Shown here one piece after another: positions 15,655 through 25,812 of a stretch of DNA of 25,850 nt; the first letter of the stretch is position 1, and each line of letters opens with the position of its first letter. The stretch is taken from positions 1-25,850 of the forward strand of contig PFAI01000055.1 in assembly GCA_002763225.1 (NCBI GenBank), in the 5' to 3' direction. The notes under the pieces were generated by a model. That model was not told the origin of the DNA and searched no databases. It was given only the letters and a program-made list of their open reading frames with translations. Position numbers and translations under genes: made by a program. Origin of the DNA: Candidatus Diapherotrites archaeon CG10_big_fil_rev_8_21_14_0_10_31_34. Its GTDB lineage: Archaea > Iainarchaeota > Iainarchaeia > Iainarchaeales > 1-14-0-10-31-34.

Positions 15655-16533
15655 ATGGTTTTAGAGTCATTAATTAAAGGAGAAGAAGCAAGAAAGCATC
15701 CGCTTGTAATGATGTTTTTAGCAGGAATTCTGGCAAGCATTGGGATTTGGGCAAGCTATGTTCTTTTTCCGGCTAATGCGAGTGTTTTAAGCATTGGATT
15801 TGTCACTATTGGGATTGTTCCGATTCTTTACACAATATTTATTTTAGAGGAAGCAGCAGAAGCCTCTGAAAAAGGAAAATGGTTTTCTTTTGCTTCAAGG
15901 CATTTTGATATAATCAAAATTTATTCATGGTTTTTTATTGGTCTTGTATTAACTTATAGTTTATGGTATGTGGTTTTGCCTGGAGATGAAAGAACAATGG
16001 TTTTTTCAGAACAAAACAAAGTAATTGGAAACATCTGGAATTTAAGGGAAAATTTAACTGGAAATTTTATTGGACCACAGGAAGTCTGCGGAGAAAACAT
16101 TTGGTGCTGGTTTAATGTAATTTTAAGAAATAATTTACAGGTATTGTTTTGGGCGGTAATGCTTTCATTGGTTTATGGTGTTGGGGCAATGTTTTTGATT
16201 GCATGGAATGCGTCAGTTATTGGAGCATTAATCGGCCAAAACACAATTCAATTAGTTGCAGGCTATGCTTCTTTCTGGCCATTTGAATATATTCTGGCTT
16301 ATGGTCATGCATTAATTAAATCGCTTGGATTAGTGCCCCATGGATTCTTTGAAGTAGTAGGTTATTTTGTTGGGGCAATAGCCGGAGCATTAATTTCAAT
16401 TGTAGTAACAAAAGGTCATTACAGAAAACACGAATTAGATTTGTTGATAAAAGATTCAATTGGATTAATTTTAATTGCAGTAATAATGCTGATTATAGGT
16501 GCATATATTGAAGCAGTTTTAATTGTGGGATAA
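15655..16533 (+). CDS. SpoIIM/DUF95-family integral membrane protein
   Basis: IL.NNL.V, WNASVIG, PHGFFE..GY..GA.AG, GAYIE motifs. Confidence 0.8.
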   Translation: MVLESLIKGEEARKHPLVMMFLAGILASIGIWASYVLFPANASVLSIGFVTIGIVPILYTIFILEEAAEASEKGKWFSFASRHFDIIKIYSWFFIGLVLTYSLWYVVLPGDERTMVFSEQNKVIGNIWNLRENLTGNFIGPQEVCGENIWCWFNVILRNNLQVLFWAVMLSLVYGVGAMFLIAWNASVIGALIGQNTIQLVAGYASFWPFEYILAYGHALIKSLGLVPHGFFEVVGYFVGAIAGALISIVVTKGHYRKHELDLLIKDSIGLILIAVIMLIIGAYIEAVLIVG

Positions 16534-16558
16534 AAAAAATCTTTATTCTTTTTCTGTT

Positions 16559-16813
16559 TTATTTATTATTTAAAGCTTGAATAATCGCGGTTTTACTTTT
16601 TTTAAGATTTTTTAATTTTTTTTGCACCATTATTTTTTCTGCAGGGTTATAAACGTTTTTATTTAAATTATCACTGAATAGTTTAATCCTTTTATCAATT
16701 AAAGATTTATCAGCCATCAAAGTATTTACTGTTATTTGCTGTTTAGAAAATTTTGCTTTAGGATAAACTTTGGGTATTAAAGTCTTTTTAGGAGAAAGAG
16801 TTTTTACATGCAT
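16559..16813 (-). CDS. Hypothetical lysine-rich small protein
   Basis: 84-aa ORF whose ATG lies 4 nt after the SPFH stop; fills the gap; no recognisable family. Confidence 0.5.
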   Translation of the reverse strand: MHVKTLSPKKTLIPKVYPKAKFSKQQITVNTLMADKSLIDKRIKLFSDNLNKNVYNPAEKIMVQKKLKNLKKSKTAIIQALNNK

Positions 16814-16817
16814 AAAA

Positions 16818-17798
16818 TCAGTCTTCTTTTTTCTTTTTCTTTTTTGCTTTTAAAAAAGAGTCAACCATATCAGGAGTAACCCCGATTGCACTTAAGTCAA
16901 GAGTGTTTTTTGCTTCTCCGCCGACTCTTTTGCTTAAAGAATCAGCAAACTTTGATAACTCCATTGGAAAAATAATTTTAGTGCTTTTTCCGTCAGCCAT
17001 TTTCTCCAAGGCATTAATGTAATAATAAGCAATTGTTTTGTCACTTAAGTTATCTGATGCAGCTTTAATTGCTTCAATCTGGTATTTTGTTCCTTCTGCG
17101 TCCTCAAACTTTGCTAGCTTTCTTTGTTCTGCTGCCTTTTGGTCATGCATTGCATCAAGCACTTCTTTTGGAATAATTACGTTAGTTATTTCAACTGCTT
17201 CAATTTTTACTCCCCATTGAATTGCAATTTCTTCCAGCTTTCTTTTTACTTCAGCATTAAGCAAAGCAATGTTTGAAATAACACTTGATAAGTCCATTGA
17301 ACCAACTACATCCCTTATAGTTGACCGAACAAAAAGTCTTGCAGCATTCCTGTAATCATCAATTTCAATCACTGAATTAATTACTGAATTCTTTGTTTTA
17401 TCAACAAACAAATAAATTACTGCATCAACTGTAAGCTTGATTTTATCTGTTGTAATTACTTCCTGAGGAGGAATATCAATTGTCTGGGTTCTTAAATCAA
17501 CTAAAACATATGATTGGAATAAAGGAACAATAAAAGTCCAGCCAGGCCCGCCTACTCTTGTTACTCGACCTAAAGTAAAAATTACTGCTCTTTCATATTC
17601 TTTTAAGGTAAGCAAAAAATCATATTGGCGAATTAAAAAAGCCATTAAAACAAAAACAAATAATACTCCTAACCAAATAAGGAACTGGTCTTTTTGCTGG
17701 TAAGCCATCCAGATTAATGCAACAAGTACAATGAAAACAAAAACAAAAACATATTGTTTTACTTTATAGCTTTCAGTTTTACCAAATCTTTTACCCAT
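16818..17798 (-). CDS. SPFH/band-7 (stomatin-like) membrane protein
   Basis: YERAVIFTLGR...GPG, VDLRTQTIDIPPQEVIT.D, WGVKIEAVEI, STKIIFPME; two N-terminal TM helices. Confidence 0.92.
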   Translation of the reverse strand: MGKRFGKTESYKVKQYVFVFVFIVLVALIWMAYQQKDQFLIWLGVLFVFVLMAFLIRQYDFLLTLKEYERAVIFTLGRVTRVGGPGWTFIVPLFQSYVLVDLRTQTIDIPPQEVITTDKIKLTVDAVIYLFVDKTKNSVINSVIEIDDYRNAARLFVRSTIRDVVGSMDLSSVISNIALLNAEVKRKLEEIAIQWGVKIEAVEITNVIIPKEVLDAMHDQKAAEQRKLAKFEDAEGTKYQIEAIKAASDNLSDKTIAYYYINALEKMADGKSTKIIFPMELSKFADSLSKRVGGEAKNTLDLSAIGVTPDMVDSFLKAKKKKKKED

Positions 17799-17883
17799 AA
17801 TACAACCTTAAATTTCTTCTTATATATAAATATAGATAGTAAAGACATATATTAAACTTAGGTATAGTTTTATAAGTGAAAAA

Positions 17884-19104
17884 ATGAATTCAAAGAATGT
17901 AATAGTTGTTTGTGTTGACAGAGACAATGATTTAGGTAGAAAAGCAAATATTTCTGGGCCAATAATCGGAAGAAAAAACAACTTAAATGCAGCAGCCAAA
18001 CTAGGAATAGCTGACCCAGGAGAAAGTGACGTTAACTGCATTTTTGGCGCAATAAGAAAATTTGATGAAGTCAAAAAATTTTATTCTGAAGTAGAAATAG
18101 TCACTTTAACCGGGGTAGGCAAACAAGACTTTGAATCAGATAAAGAAATTAATGAGCAATTAGATAAAGTGTTAGAAGGATTTCCGGTTGATGCATTTGT
18201 TTTGGTTACAGATGGAGCAGAAGACGATCAGGTAATGCCAATCCTTCAATCCCGTGCACCAATAATGTCAAAAGAAACAATAATAGTTAAACAGGCATCA
18301 GAAGTTGAAAGCACTTATTACACAATAAAAGAAGCTTTAAAAGACCCTTATTTAGCCAGAATTGTTTTTGGGGTTCCGGGAATAATCTTGATTTCATATT
18401 ACTTGTTCGGAGGATTTAGCTTACAGATTATTTCATTGATTTTAGGAATTTATTTATTATTAAAAGGATTTGGAATAGAAGAAAAAATGATTTCCACTTC
18501 AAGAGATTTTTTGAAAAACATTTCAATTTCACGGGCAAGCTTTATTTTTTATGTCGGAAGTTTATTTATTTTTGCTTTTGGTTTATACCAGATTTACAAT
18601 GGCTTTATTTCAAGCAGTGAAACAGACTTGTTTTTGAGAAGTATTAGTTCAATTCAGCAGACATATTTTGTTTTCCTGTTCTTGGTTCCTGTTTCTTTTT
18701 TGGTTGGAAAAACAATTGATGCAGTGCATTTCAAAAAAGCATTTTATTTAAGAAATTATTTAGTGTATGGAATTTCAACTATGCTGTTATGGTTTATCTT
18801 GGATTCCGGAACATTAGTGCTTACAGGGCAGGCTGATTTGGTTTGGTTTATTTTAAGCATGTTTTCAAGTTTTATTATTTTAATGGTTGCCTATAACTTG
18901 AGTTCAGTTTTTGATGTAAGAAAAAAAATAACTGATTTGCTTGTAGGGCTTCCAGTGTATGAAAAAGGAAAAATGATTGGCAAAGTAGAAAAAATCAATT
19001 CAAAAGAAAAAAGCATTCAGTTTCTTCCGGCAAAAGGAAAAGAATTAATTAAATTAACTAAAACAAAATTCAAAGTAAAAAAAGGAAGAATAATTGTAAG
19101 CTGA
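17884..19104 (+). CDS. DUF373-family membrane protein with C-terminal PRC-barrel-like segment
   Basis: VCVDRDNDLG, DPGESDVN, VTDGAEDD, IVKQA..VESTYY; C-terminal LVGLPVY..GK.IGKV. Confidence 0.85.
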   Translation: MNSKNVIVVCVDRDNDLGRKANISGPIIGRKNNLNAAAKLGIADPGESDVNCIFGAIRKFDEVKKFYSEVEIVTLTGVGKQDFESDKEINEQLDKVLEGFPVDAFVLVTDGAEDDQVMPILQSRAPIMSKETIIVKQASEVESTYYTIKEALKDPYLARIVFGVPGIILISYYLFGGFSLQIISLILGIYLLLKGFGIEEKMISTSRDFLKNISISRASFIFYVGSLFIFAFGLYQIYNGFISSSETDLFLRSISSIQQTYFVFLFLVPVSFLVGKTIDAVHFKKAFYLRNYLVYGISTMLLWFILDSGTLVLTGQADLVWFILSMFSSFIILMVAYNLSSVFDVRKKITDLLVGLPVYEKGKMIGKVEKINSKEKSIQFLPAKGKELIKLTKTKFKVKKGRIIVS

Positions 19105-21036
19105 TTAATTCAATTTAACTTTTTTTGCAACTTTTCCTAAAAATTGTTTGGGCAGTTCCAGATTTAACATTCTTTCCAGGTCTTTTAACAACTTATTTTT
19201 GCCTTGGCCTTTTTCAAATGCATTATTTAATACATCGCTTAAAGTTGAAACAGGAATTATTTCAATTCTTTGCTTTTCTTTTTCAGTTAAAATAATATCA
19301 GGAAGATTGCTTTTAGGGACAATAACTTGTTTGAATCCAGCTGAAATTGCTGCAGCAACTTTAGAGGTTACTCCCCCTATTGGAAGTACTTCTCCTCTGA
19401 CACTTAAAGAACCAGTCATTGCAAGAGACTGCTTTATTGGAATTTTTTCTAATGCAGAGATTACTGCTGTTGCAACTGAAACAGAAGCAGAGTCTCCTTC
19501 TACCCCTGAATAAGTCTGCAAAAACTGAATATGCAAATCATATTTTGATAAATCTTTTCCACTTATTTTTTTGATTATTGCAGAAACATTTTGAACAGCT
19601 TCTTTTGCTATTTCACCTAGTTTTCCTGTAGCAATAATTTTTCCTTCAGCTGAACTCTGGGCAGGAGTTATTTCTGCTTCAATTGGCAAAATCATTCCTG
19701 CGTCTCCGTCAGCTGAAACAGCCAAGCCATTAACTCTTCCGATTGCATGCCCTTCACTTAAAAATACATCATAGCCTTTTTTGTCTTCAAGCATTTGTCC
19801 AACCATTTGCTGTTCTAATGTTTTTGCATTAGTTTTTGCATGCAATACATCTTCTTCTTCAACTAATGAATGGCTTTTTTCTATTGCAATGTCTCCTGCA
19901 GCTCTGATTAAACCGCCTAAATCCCTTAACTTCAATGTAAGATTATTTTTTCTTCCAGCTCTTCTTTTTGCTTCAAAAATAATCATTTCAACTGCTTTCT
20001 TTGAAAAATGAGGAATTTTTCCGTCTTTTTTTACTTCTTGTGCAACAAACTGCATTATCTTGTTTCTGTTTTCCTGTGTGTCAGGCATATCAAGATTCAT
20101 ATATAATTCATATCCATAACCTCTGATTCTTGAACGCAAGGCAGGATGAACTTTTTCCAGGTCTTTATAGTTTCCTGCTGCAACCAAAACAAAATCAGTT
20201 GGAATTGCTTCAGTTCTGGTCATTGCACCAGAACTTAATTCACTTTGACCTGTAATAGAATATTTTTTTTCCTGCATTGCAGTTAAAAGTTCTTGCTGGG
20301 ATTTCTGAGAAAGAGTTGCAATTTCATCAACAAATAAAACTCCTCCGTTTGTTCTGTGAATATATCCTGGTTCAACCCTTAAATGAGGCGGAGTCCCTAA
20401 TCCTCCGGACTGCAATGGATCATGTCTAACATCTCCAAGTAATGCTCCGGCTCTTGATCCTGTTCCTTCAATAAAAGGAGCAATTTTTTTTCCTGCATTG
20501 TCAATTAAAAGTTTTGGCACATCATTTTCGCTTTTAGTTCTGATCTGGGAACCCAAAGCAAACCCGATTAAAATAAATCCACCTAAAATCAATAAAGCTG
20601 CAAAAGTTATTTCTCCGATAAAACCAAAATTAAATAAAATTGAAGCTAAAATAAACCATCCTAAAGGCAAAACAAATCCAAGCAGTCTTGAACCAGAATC
20701 TTTTTGAGCTTGGTTCAGGTTTGCCTGCTCCACGATTTTTCTTCCTTCCCCTGATTTTACAACTCTTACTTTAGGGTTATTTGGGTCAGCTTTATTTGGA
20801 TAAATTAATACATCACTTAATTTTCCTATTGGAAGAATTTCAGCCATTGCCTGCGCTAACATTGATTTTCCTGTTCCCGGAAGCCCTACAAGCAATACAT
20901 TTCTTTTTTGTGCTGCGGCTTTCTTGATTAAATCAACTGATTTATCCTGTCCGATAACCCGTTCAATTAATTTTTTTGGAACATCAATTTCTGCAGTAGA
21001 CTTAAAATTTAATTCTTTTGCTTCTTTTTCAGGCAT
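19105..21036 (-). CDS. lonB: Archaeal membrane-anchored ATP-dependent protease LonB
   Basis: Walker [11 protein letters not shown] hairpin, [12 protein letters not shown], Walker B LFVDE, GDSAS catalytic Ser, GGVTSK catalytic Lys. Confidence 0.96.
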   Translation of the reverse strand: MPEKEAKELNFKSTAEIDVPKKLIERVIGQDKSVDLIKKAAAQKRNVLLVGLPGTGKSMLAQAMAEILPIGKLSDVLIYPNKADPNNPKVRVVKSGEGRKIVEQANLNQAQKDSGSRLLGFVLPLGWFILASILFNFGFIGEITFAALLILGGFILIGFALGSQIRTKSENDVPKLLIDNAGKKIAPFIEGTGSRAGALLGDVRHDPLQSGGLGTPPHLRVEPGYIHRTNGGVLFVDEIATLSQKSQQELLTAMQEKKYSITGQSELSSGAMTRTEAIPTDFVLVAAGNYKDLEKVHPALRSRIRGYGYELYMNLDMPDTQENRNKIMQFVAQEVKKDGKIPHFSKKAVEMIIFEAKRRAGRKNNLTLKLRDLGGLIRAAGDIAIEKSHSLVEEEDVLHAKTNAKTLEQQMVGQMLEDKKGYDVFLSEGHAIGRVNGLAVSADGDAGMILPIEAEITPAQSSAEGKIIATGKLGEIAKEAVQNVSAIIKKISGKDLSKYDLHIQFLQTYSGVEGDSASVSVATAVISALEKIPIKQSLAMTGSLSVRGEVLPIGGVTSKVAAAISAGFKQVIVPKSNLPDIILTEKEKQRIEIIPVSTLSDVLNNAFEKGQGKNKLLKDLERMLNLELPKQFLGKVAKKVKLN

Positions 21037-21142
21037 AAAAAAACTCTCTTTTAAAATTACTCTCTTTAATAAAAATTATAGCTACACCTAGTATTAAAAT
21101 AATAATGAATTAAAATGGTATTTTACTGTAAAGTGATTTGAA

Positions 21143-22045
21143 ATGAGATTAACTGTTTTAGGAACAAGTGCTTCAACTCCCTCCAAAGAAAGGAATTTAA
21201 GCGCAATAATGCTGAACTTTGAAGGACTAAATTACTTGTTTGACTGTCCTGAAGGAACCCAAAGACAGTTAATGAAAGCAAAATCATCTTATATGAAAAT
21301 TCACGCAATTTTTTTAAGCCATTTTCATGGAGACCATATTCTTGGCTTGCCTGGTTTATTAGCTACAATGTCAATGCATCAAAGAGATTATCCTTTATTT
21401 GTGTTTGGGCCAAAAGGAGTCAAAGAAAAAGTGCAGAAAGCATTAGAAATCAGTTTATTAAAAGTTAATTTTGAAATAAAAGCAATTGAAGTAAAAGAAG
21501 GAAAAATTTTTGAAGAAGAAAAATTTTTTGTTGAATGCTTTAAACTAAATCATGAAATTCCTTGTTATGGTTTTGTATTCAAAGAAAAAGATTCTTTAGG
21601 TCAATTCCAAAGAGAAAAAGCATTAAAGCTGGGAATTCCTGAAGGCCCTTTATGGAGTCAGTTGCATAAAGGAATAAAAGTCAAAGTAGGGAAAAAAACT
21701 TTTAAGCCAGAAGATGTAATTGATGTAAGTAAAAAAAAGACCGGGAAAAAAATTTCTTTTGTTTTTGACACTCTGGCAAACAATTCATATATTAACAAAA
21801 TAAAGGATTCAGATGTATTGTTTCATGAAAGCACTTTTCTGGAAAAATTAAAGGACAGGGCAAAAGAAACAATGCATTCAACAGCCAAAGATGCTTCAAA
21901 GATTGCAGCAAAAGCCAAAGTGAAAAAATTAGTGTTATTTCATTTCAGCCCAAGACATAAAGACACAGAAAAATTTGATATTGAAGCAAGAGAATTTTTT
22001 GGAAATGTTGTTGCTGCAAAAGATTTAGAGGAAATTGAATTGTGA
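21143..22045 (+). CDS. rnz: Ribonuclease Z (tRNA 3' processing)
   Basis: LGTS..P...RN, FDC.EGTQRQ, SHFHGDH, GIPEGP flexible arm, HEST, HST, HFSPRH. Confidence 0.95.
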   Translation: MRLTVLGTSASTPSKERNLSAIMLNFEGLNYLFDCPEGTQRQLMKAKSSYMKIHAIFLSHFHGDHILGLPGLLATMSMHQRDYPLFVFGPKGVKEKVQKALEISLLKVNFEIKAIEVKEGKIFEEEKFFVECFKLNHEIPCYGFVFKEKDSLGQFQREKALKLGIPEGPLWSQLHKGIKVKVGKKTFKPEDVIDVSKKKTGKKISFVFDTLANNSYINKIKDSDVLFHESTFLEKLKDRAKETMHSTAKDASKIAAKAKVKKLVLFHFSPRHKDTEKFDIEAREFFGNVVAAKDLEEIEL

Positions 22046-22143
22046 AAAAATGGAAAGAAATTGGCTGAATGAAAAAAACAAGCTTGAATTAATACGGCCT
22101 GAAAAAATTGAATTTTAGTTGGAAACTTGATGTTGTTGGTTGA

Positions 22144-23601
22144 ATGGAAAAAGAATTTTTTGATTTAGTGGTAATTGGAAGAGGTTTAGCAGGATTAAGC
22201 GCTGCAGCTGAAACTCCTAAAAACAAAAACACTGCAGTGTTTTTTAGAGGAAAAGAATTCAAGGCAAACAGCTTTAAAGCACAAGGAGGAATTGCTTCAG
22301 CAATAAGTGAAAACGATTCAACAGAAAAACATTTTAATGATTCAATCAAAACAGGAAATGGTTTATCAAATAAAGAAGCAGTAAAAATTTTAGTTGAAAA
22401 AGGAAAAGAAAAAGTTTTGAATTTAATTGAAGCAGGATTTGAATTTGATGAAAACCAAAAAGGAATTGATTTTGCGTTAGAATCAGGTCATTCAGAAAAA
22501 AGAATTCTGCATTCAAAAGGGGATAACACAGGAAAAGAATTAACAAAATATTATATTAAGCTGGCAAAAGAAAAAAACATTCATTTTTTTTCTGAAAAAA
22601 AATTAACAAATCTGATTATAGAAAAAGGTTTAGGAAAACAAGCAGTATTTGATGATTTTACTGCTGAATTCAATTCAATTGTATTTGCTTCAGGAGGCTA
22701 TTCAAATCTGTATTCTAAAAACACTAATCCTGAAGCATCAAAAGGAGAAACACTTTCAATTGCATTAAAATCAGGAATTCATTTAATGGACTTAGAATTT
22801 GAACAATTTCATCCGACAACAATCAAAAACAACAATTTTTTGTTAAGCGAAACATTGAGAGGAGAAGGCGCTTTTTTAATTAATGATTTAAATGAAAAAT
22901 TTATGAAAAAAATTCCTGGAAACAGTTTGGCTACAAGAGATGCTGCTTCGGCTGAAATATTTAATCAAAATCAGTCAGGAAGACAAGTTTTTTTGGATTG
23001 CACTAAAATAGAAAACTTCAAAGAAAGGTTTCCTTCAATTTACCTCAAATTAAAAGAAATGAAATTAAACCCTGAATTAATTGAAGTTGAGCCTGCAGCC
23101 CATTATTCAATCGGAGGAATAAAAATTGACTTAGATACAAGAACTAATATAAAAAATGTTTTTGCTGCAGGAGAATGCTCTTGTTCAGGAGTACACGGAG
23201 CAAATAGGTTAGCAAGCAATTCATTGCTGGAAACACTTGTTTTTGGAAGCATTGCAGGAAAACAGGCTTTGAAAATTAAAAAAAATGAAAAAACAAAAAA
23301 AGAAATTAAATTAAGTTCACTGCAAAAAAAAGAAAATAATTCAGTTCAGTCTGATTCAGAATTCAATTTTTCTTTTTTGCAGAAAATAATGTGGGATTAT
23401 GTCGGAATCAAAAAAAACAGAAATGGATTAGAGTATGCATTAAAAGAAATAAATAAAATGAGTGAAAACAATTATACTTTTTTAGCTGAAAAAATTATTT
23501 CATCTGCTTTAAACAGAGAAGAAAGCAGAGGCTGTCATTACAGAAGCGATTTCAAAGAAAAAAAAAGAGAATTTGAAAAACATTCAATAATAGAAAAATA
23601 A
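22144..23601 (+). CDS. nadB: L-aspartate oxidase
   Basis: NSFKAQGGIA, ESGHS..RILH, QFHPT, LSETLRGEGA, PAAHY.IGGI, GVHGANRLASNSLLE, REESRG.HYR.DF. Confidence 0.88.
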   Translation: MEKEFFDLVVIGRGLAGLSAAAETPKNKNTAVFFRGKEFKANSFKAQGGIASAISENDSTEKHFNDSIKTGNGLSNKEAVKILVEKGKEKVLNLIEAGFEFDENQKGIDFALESGHSEKRILHSKGDNTGKELTKYYIKLAKEKNIHFFSEKKLTNLIIEKGLGKQAVFDDFTAEFNSIVFASGGYSNLYSKNTNPEASKGETLSIALKSGIHLMDLEFEQFHPTTIKNNNFLLSETLRGEGAFLINDLNEKFMKKIPGNSLATRDAASAEIFNQNQSGRQVFLDCTKIENFKERFPSIYLKLKEMKLNPELIEVEPAAHYSIGGIKIDLDTRTNIKNVFAAGECSCSGVHGANRLASNSLLETLVFGSIAGKQALKIKKNEKTKKEIKLSSLQKKENNSVQSDSEFNFSFLQKIMWDYVGIKKNRNGLEYALKEINKMSENNYTFLAEKIISSALNREESRGCHYRSDFKEKKREFEKHSIIEK

Positions 23602-23644
23602 AAAAAACAAATAAAAAAATAAAAAATAGAAAAAGGAAAGAAAG
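23602..23644 (-). terminator. T-rich tract downstream of the trxB-GGR pair
   Basis: Almost pure A/G run on plus between convergent stops, giving oligo-U on the minus transcript. Confidence 0.45.
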
Positions 23645-23653
23645 AATTAAATT

Positions 23654-24892
23654 TTAAGTGAAAAGTAATTTCAGGTAAAACAGAGGGGAAACAAATTCTT
23701 TTTTTGCTTCTTCGTTTGCAAGCATCCCTGAAATAACTTCTTGTATTTCCTTTTTTTTAGCTGCTTTATCTATAAGAAAATTCAATAAAAACCTGATTCT
23801 TCCAAGCCTTTGAAGCATAAAACTTGTTTTAATTTCCTGACCAATTTCTTTCCACAAAATTTCTTCATATTGTTTCAGGAATTCAGCAGAAAAATTATTT
23901 TCTTTTAATGCTTTTAAAATCGTTTCTGAAGCAATTTTTCCTGAAGTCATTGCGTTTCCTATTCCTTCTCCTGAAAAAGGGTCAATTAAAGAAGCTGCAT
24001 CTCCTACTAACAAAAAACCGTTTCCGGAAATCTTTTTTCTTTTGCTTCCCAAAGGCAGGGTCCAGCCTTTAACCGGAGAAACCATTTTTGCATCCTTAAA
24101 CCGTTCTTTAAACAAAGGATCTTTTTCTATTGCATCAAACATTGCCTGCTGTAAATTCACTTTATTTTTTTTCAAATCCTTGGTTATAATTCCTGCTCCA
24201 ACATTAGCTATTCCTTCTTCAACAGGAAAAATCCAAAAATATCCAGGCAACATTGAATCAATGAAATGAATTTCAATTGTTCCTTTCAAATCTTTTACTC
24301 CAGAATAATAAGTTCTTAAAGCAGTAATATGGTGATTAAAATCAATTTTATTTAATCCAAGACTTTTGGATACAATTGAAGTTGCACCATCAGCTCCAAC
24401 AACCATTTTTGACTTGAATTCTTTTTGGTTTCCTTTTGAATCAGTTCCTTTTACTCCCAAAACTTTTTCTCCATCTTTAATCAAACTGTTAACTGTAAAA
24501 CCTTCAATTGTTTTTACTCCAAAAGATTTTGAATTCTGAAACAAGAAGTTATCATAAAAAATTCTTTTGACTGCATAACCTTCTCCTTTAGATGAAACAC
24601 CTGTTTTTCCTGCTTTTTCCGGAAAAGGAATATTCACTACAGTTCCTTTAGGAGAAGAAAAAGTTACTCCAAAAATTTTTCCGTGCTTGACTGACTTGAT
24701 TTTTTCTTTTAAACCTAATTCTTTTAACACTTTCAAAGATTTACCGCTTATTCCGTCCCCGCAGGTTTTGTCTCTGGGAAAAACAGCTTTATCCAAAAGT
24801 AAAACATTTACTTTGTTTTTTGCCAGAAAAGAAGCACAAGTACTTCCTCCGGGGCCTGCTCCAACAACAATAACATCAAATTCTTCTGTCAT
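23654..24892 (-). CDS. Geranylgeranyl reductase family FAD-dependent oxidoreductase
   Basis: GAGPGG, FPRDKTCGDG, GADG, GYFWIFP, LVGDAASLIDPFSGEGI. Confidence 0.88.
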   Translation of the reverse strand: MTEEFDVIVVGAGPGGSTCASFLAKNKVNVLLLDKAVFPRDKTCGDGISGKSLKVLKELGLKEKIKSVKHGKIFGVTFSSPKGTVVNIPFPEKAGKTGVSSKGEGYAVKRIFYDNFLFQNSKSFGVKTIEGFTVNSLIKDGEKVLGVKGTDSKGNQKEFKSKMVVGADGATSIVSKSLGLNKIDFNHHITALRTYYSGVKDLKGTIEIHFIDSMLPGYFWIFPVEEGIANVGAGIITKDLKKNKVNLQQAMFDAIEKDPLFKERFKDAKMVSPVKGWTLPLGSKRKKISGNGFLLVGDAASLIDPFSGEGIGNAMTSGKIASETILKALKENNFSAEFLKQYEEILWKEIGQEIKTSFMLQRLGRIRFLLNFLIDKAAKKKEIQEVISGMLANEEAKKEFVSPLFYLKLLFT

Positions 24893-24906
24893 GATTTTAA
24901 AACCCC

Positions 24907-25812
24907 TTATTTTCTTCTTAAATATTCATTTACATGAATTGCTGTTTTGCAGCCTTCTCCTGCAGCAACAATTAATTGATGCACTGAAATATTTGTTACA
25001 TCTCCTGCAGCAAACAATCCAGAAATATTTGTTTCATTTTTATCATTAATTATTATTTCATTAAAAGAAGTTTTTTCTGCTTCAACAAAATCAGAGTTAG
25101 GCAATTCCCCAATATTAACAAAAATAGCTGAAACAGGAATTTCTTTTTCTTTAGCTGAATTTCTTTCTTTGAATTTTAGTCCTTTAACTGTTTTTTCCCC
25201 TAAAATTTCTTTTACTTCAACTTCTGAAAGTATTTCAATGTTTTTTTTCTGCATTAATTGTTTTTTGGTTATTTCTTCTCCGCCTAATTCTTTTCCATAC
25301 TCTAAAATGTAAACTTTAGAACAAATATTGCTCAAATACAATGCTTCTTCTATTCCTGAATAGCCTCCTCCGATAACTGCAACTTCTTTGTCTTTATACA
25401 ATGGGCCATCGCATACAGCACAATAATGAATTCCCTTGTGCTCTAATTCTTTTGCACCCTTAACTTCCAGCTTTCTTGGTCTTTTTCCTGTTGCAATAAT
25501 AACTGCTTTTGACTGGAATTCTTTTTTAGAAGTTTTAACTTTAAAAAAATCTTTTTCTTTTTCTACTTTTAAAACTTTATAGCCTTCAATTACTTCAATT
25601 TCTTTATATGAATGCAAGTGCTCTCTAAACTTCATTGCTAAATCAAAGCTTGGAATGCTTTTAAATCCGGTGTAGTTTTCAACTTTTTCTGTTAACAATA
25701 ATTGTCCACCAAAGTTTTCTGTAATCAAAGTTACGCTTAGCCCTGCACGAACAGCATAAATTCCTGCTGTAACTCCTGCTGCAGAGCCTCCTACTATAAT
25801 TAAGTCTTTCAT
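24907..25812 (-). CDS. trxB: Thioredoxin reductase (TrxB/AhpF-like)
   Basis: FAD motif GGSAAG, GGQL, IIATG, redox CAVC-DG, GGGYSG, GLFAAGD; ATG 25812 (alternative GTG 25821). Confidence 0.9.
   Translation of the reverse strand: MKDLIIVGGSAAGVTAGIYAVRAGLSVTLITENFGGQLLLTEKVENYTGFKSIPSFDLAMKFREHLHSYKEIEVIEGYKVLKVEKEKDFFKVKTSKKEFQSKAVIIATGKRPRKLEVKGAKELEHKGIHYCAVCDGPLYKDKEVAVIGGGYSGIEEALYLSNICSKVYILEYGKELGGEEITKKQLMQKKNIEILSEVEVKEILGEKTVKGLKFKERNSAKEKEIPVSAIFVNIGELPNSDFVEAEKTSFNEIIINDKNETNISGLFAAGDVTNISVHQLIVAAGEGCKTAIHVNEYLRRK

Noticed and set aside
610..16533. Sporulation system suggested by BofA-like and SpoIIM-like genes
   Set aside because: Both families are widespread in non-sporulating archaea, are 15 kb apart, and no other sporulation genes are present.
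8352..17220. Alternative ORFs 8352-8639, 10741-11196, 11715-11936, 13671-13892, 14382-14579, 15381-15596, 17038-17220
   Set aside because: Overlap confident CDSs, mostly antisense, with no recognisable motifs or ribosome-binding sites.
19105..21036. Intein in LonB
   Set aside because: Length of 643 aa is normal and no intein splice motifs or homing endonuclease segment are visible.
21043..21072. Short direct repeat ACTCTCTTT upstream of lonB
   Set aside because: Only two 9-bp low-complexity copies; may simply be SD-like AAAGAGAG on the minus strand.
17820..25049. Alternative ORFs 17820-18074, 19148-19513, 19781-20011, 20498-20707, 21123-21308, 22089-22349, 22346-22546, 24042-24269, 24687-25049
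   Set aside because: Antisense shadows of DUF373, lonB, rnz, nadB, GGR and trxB.
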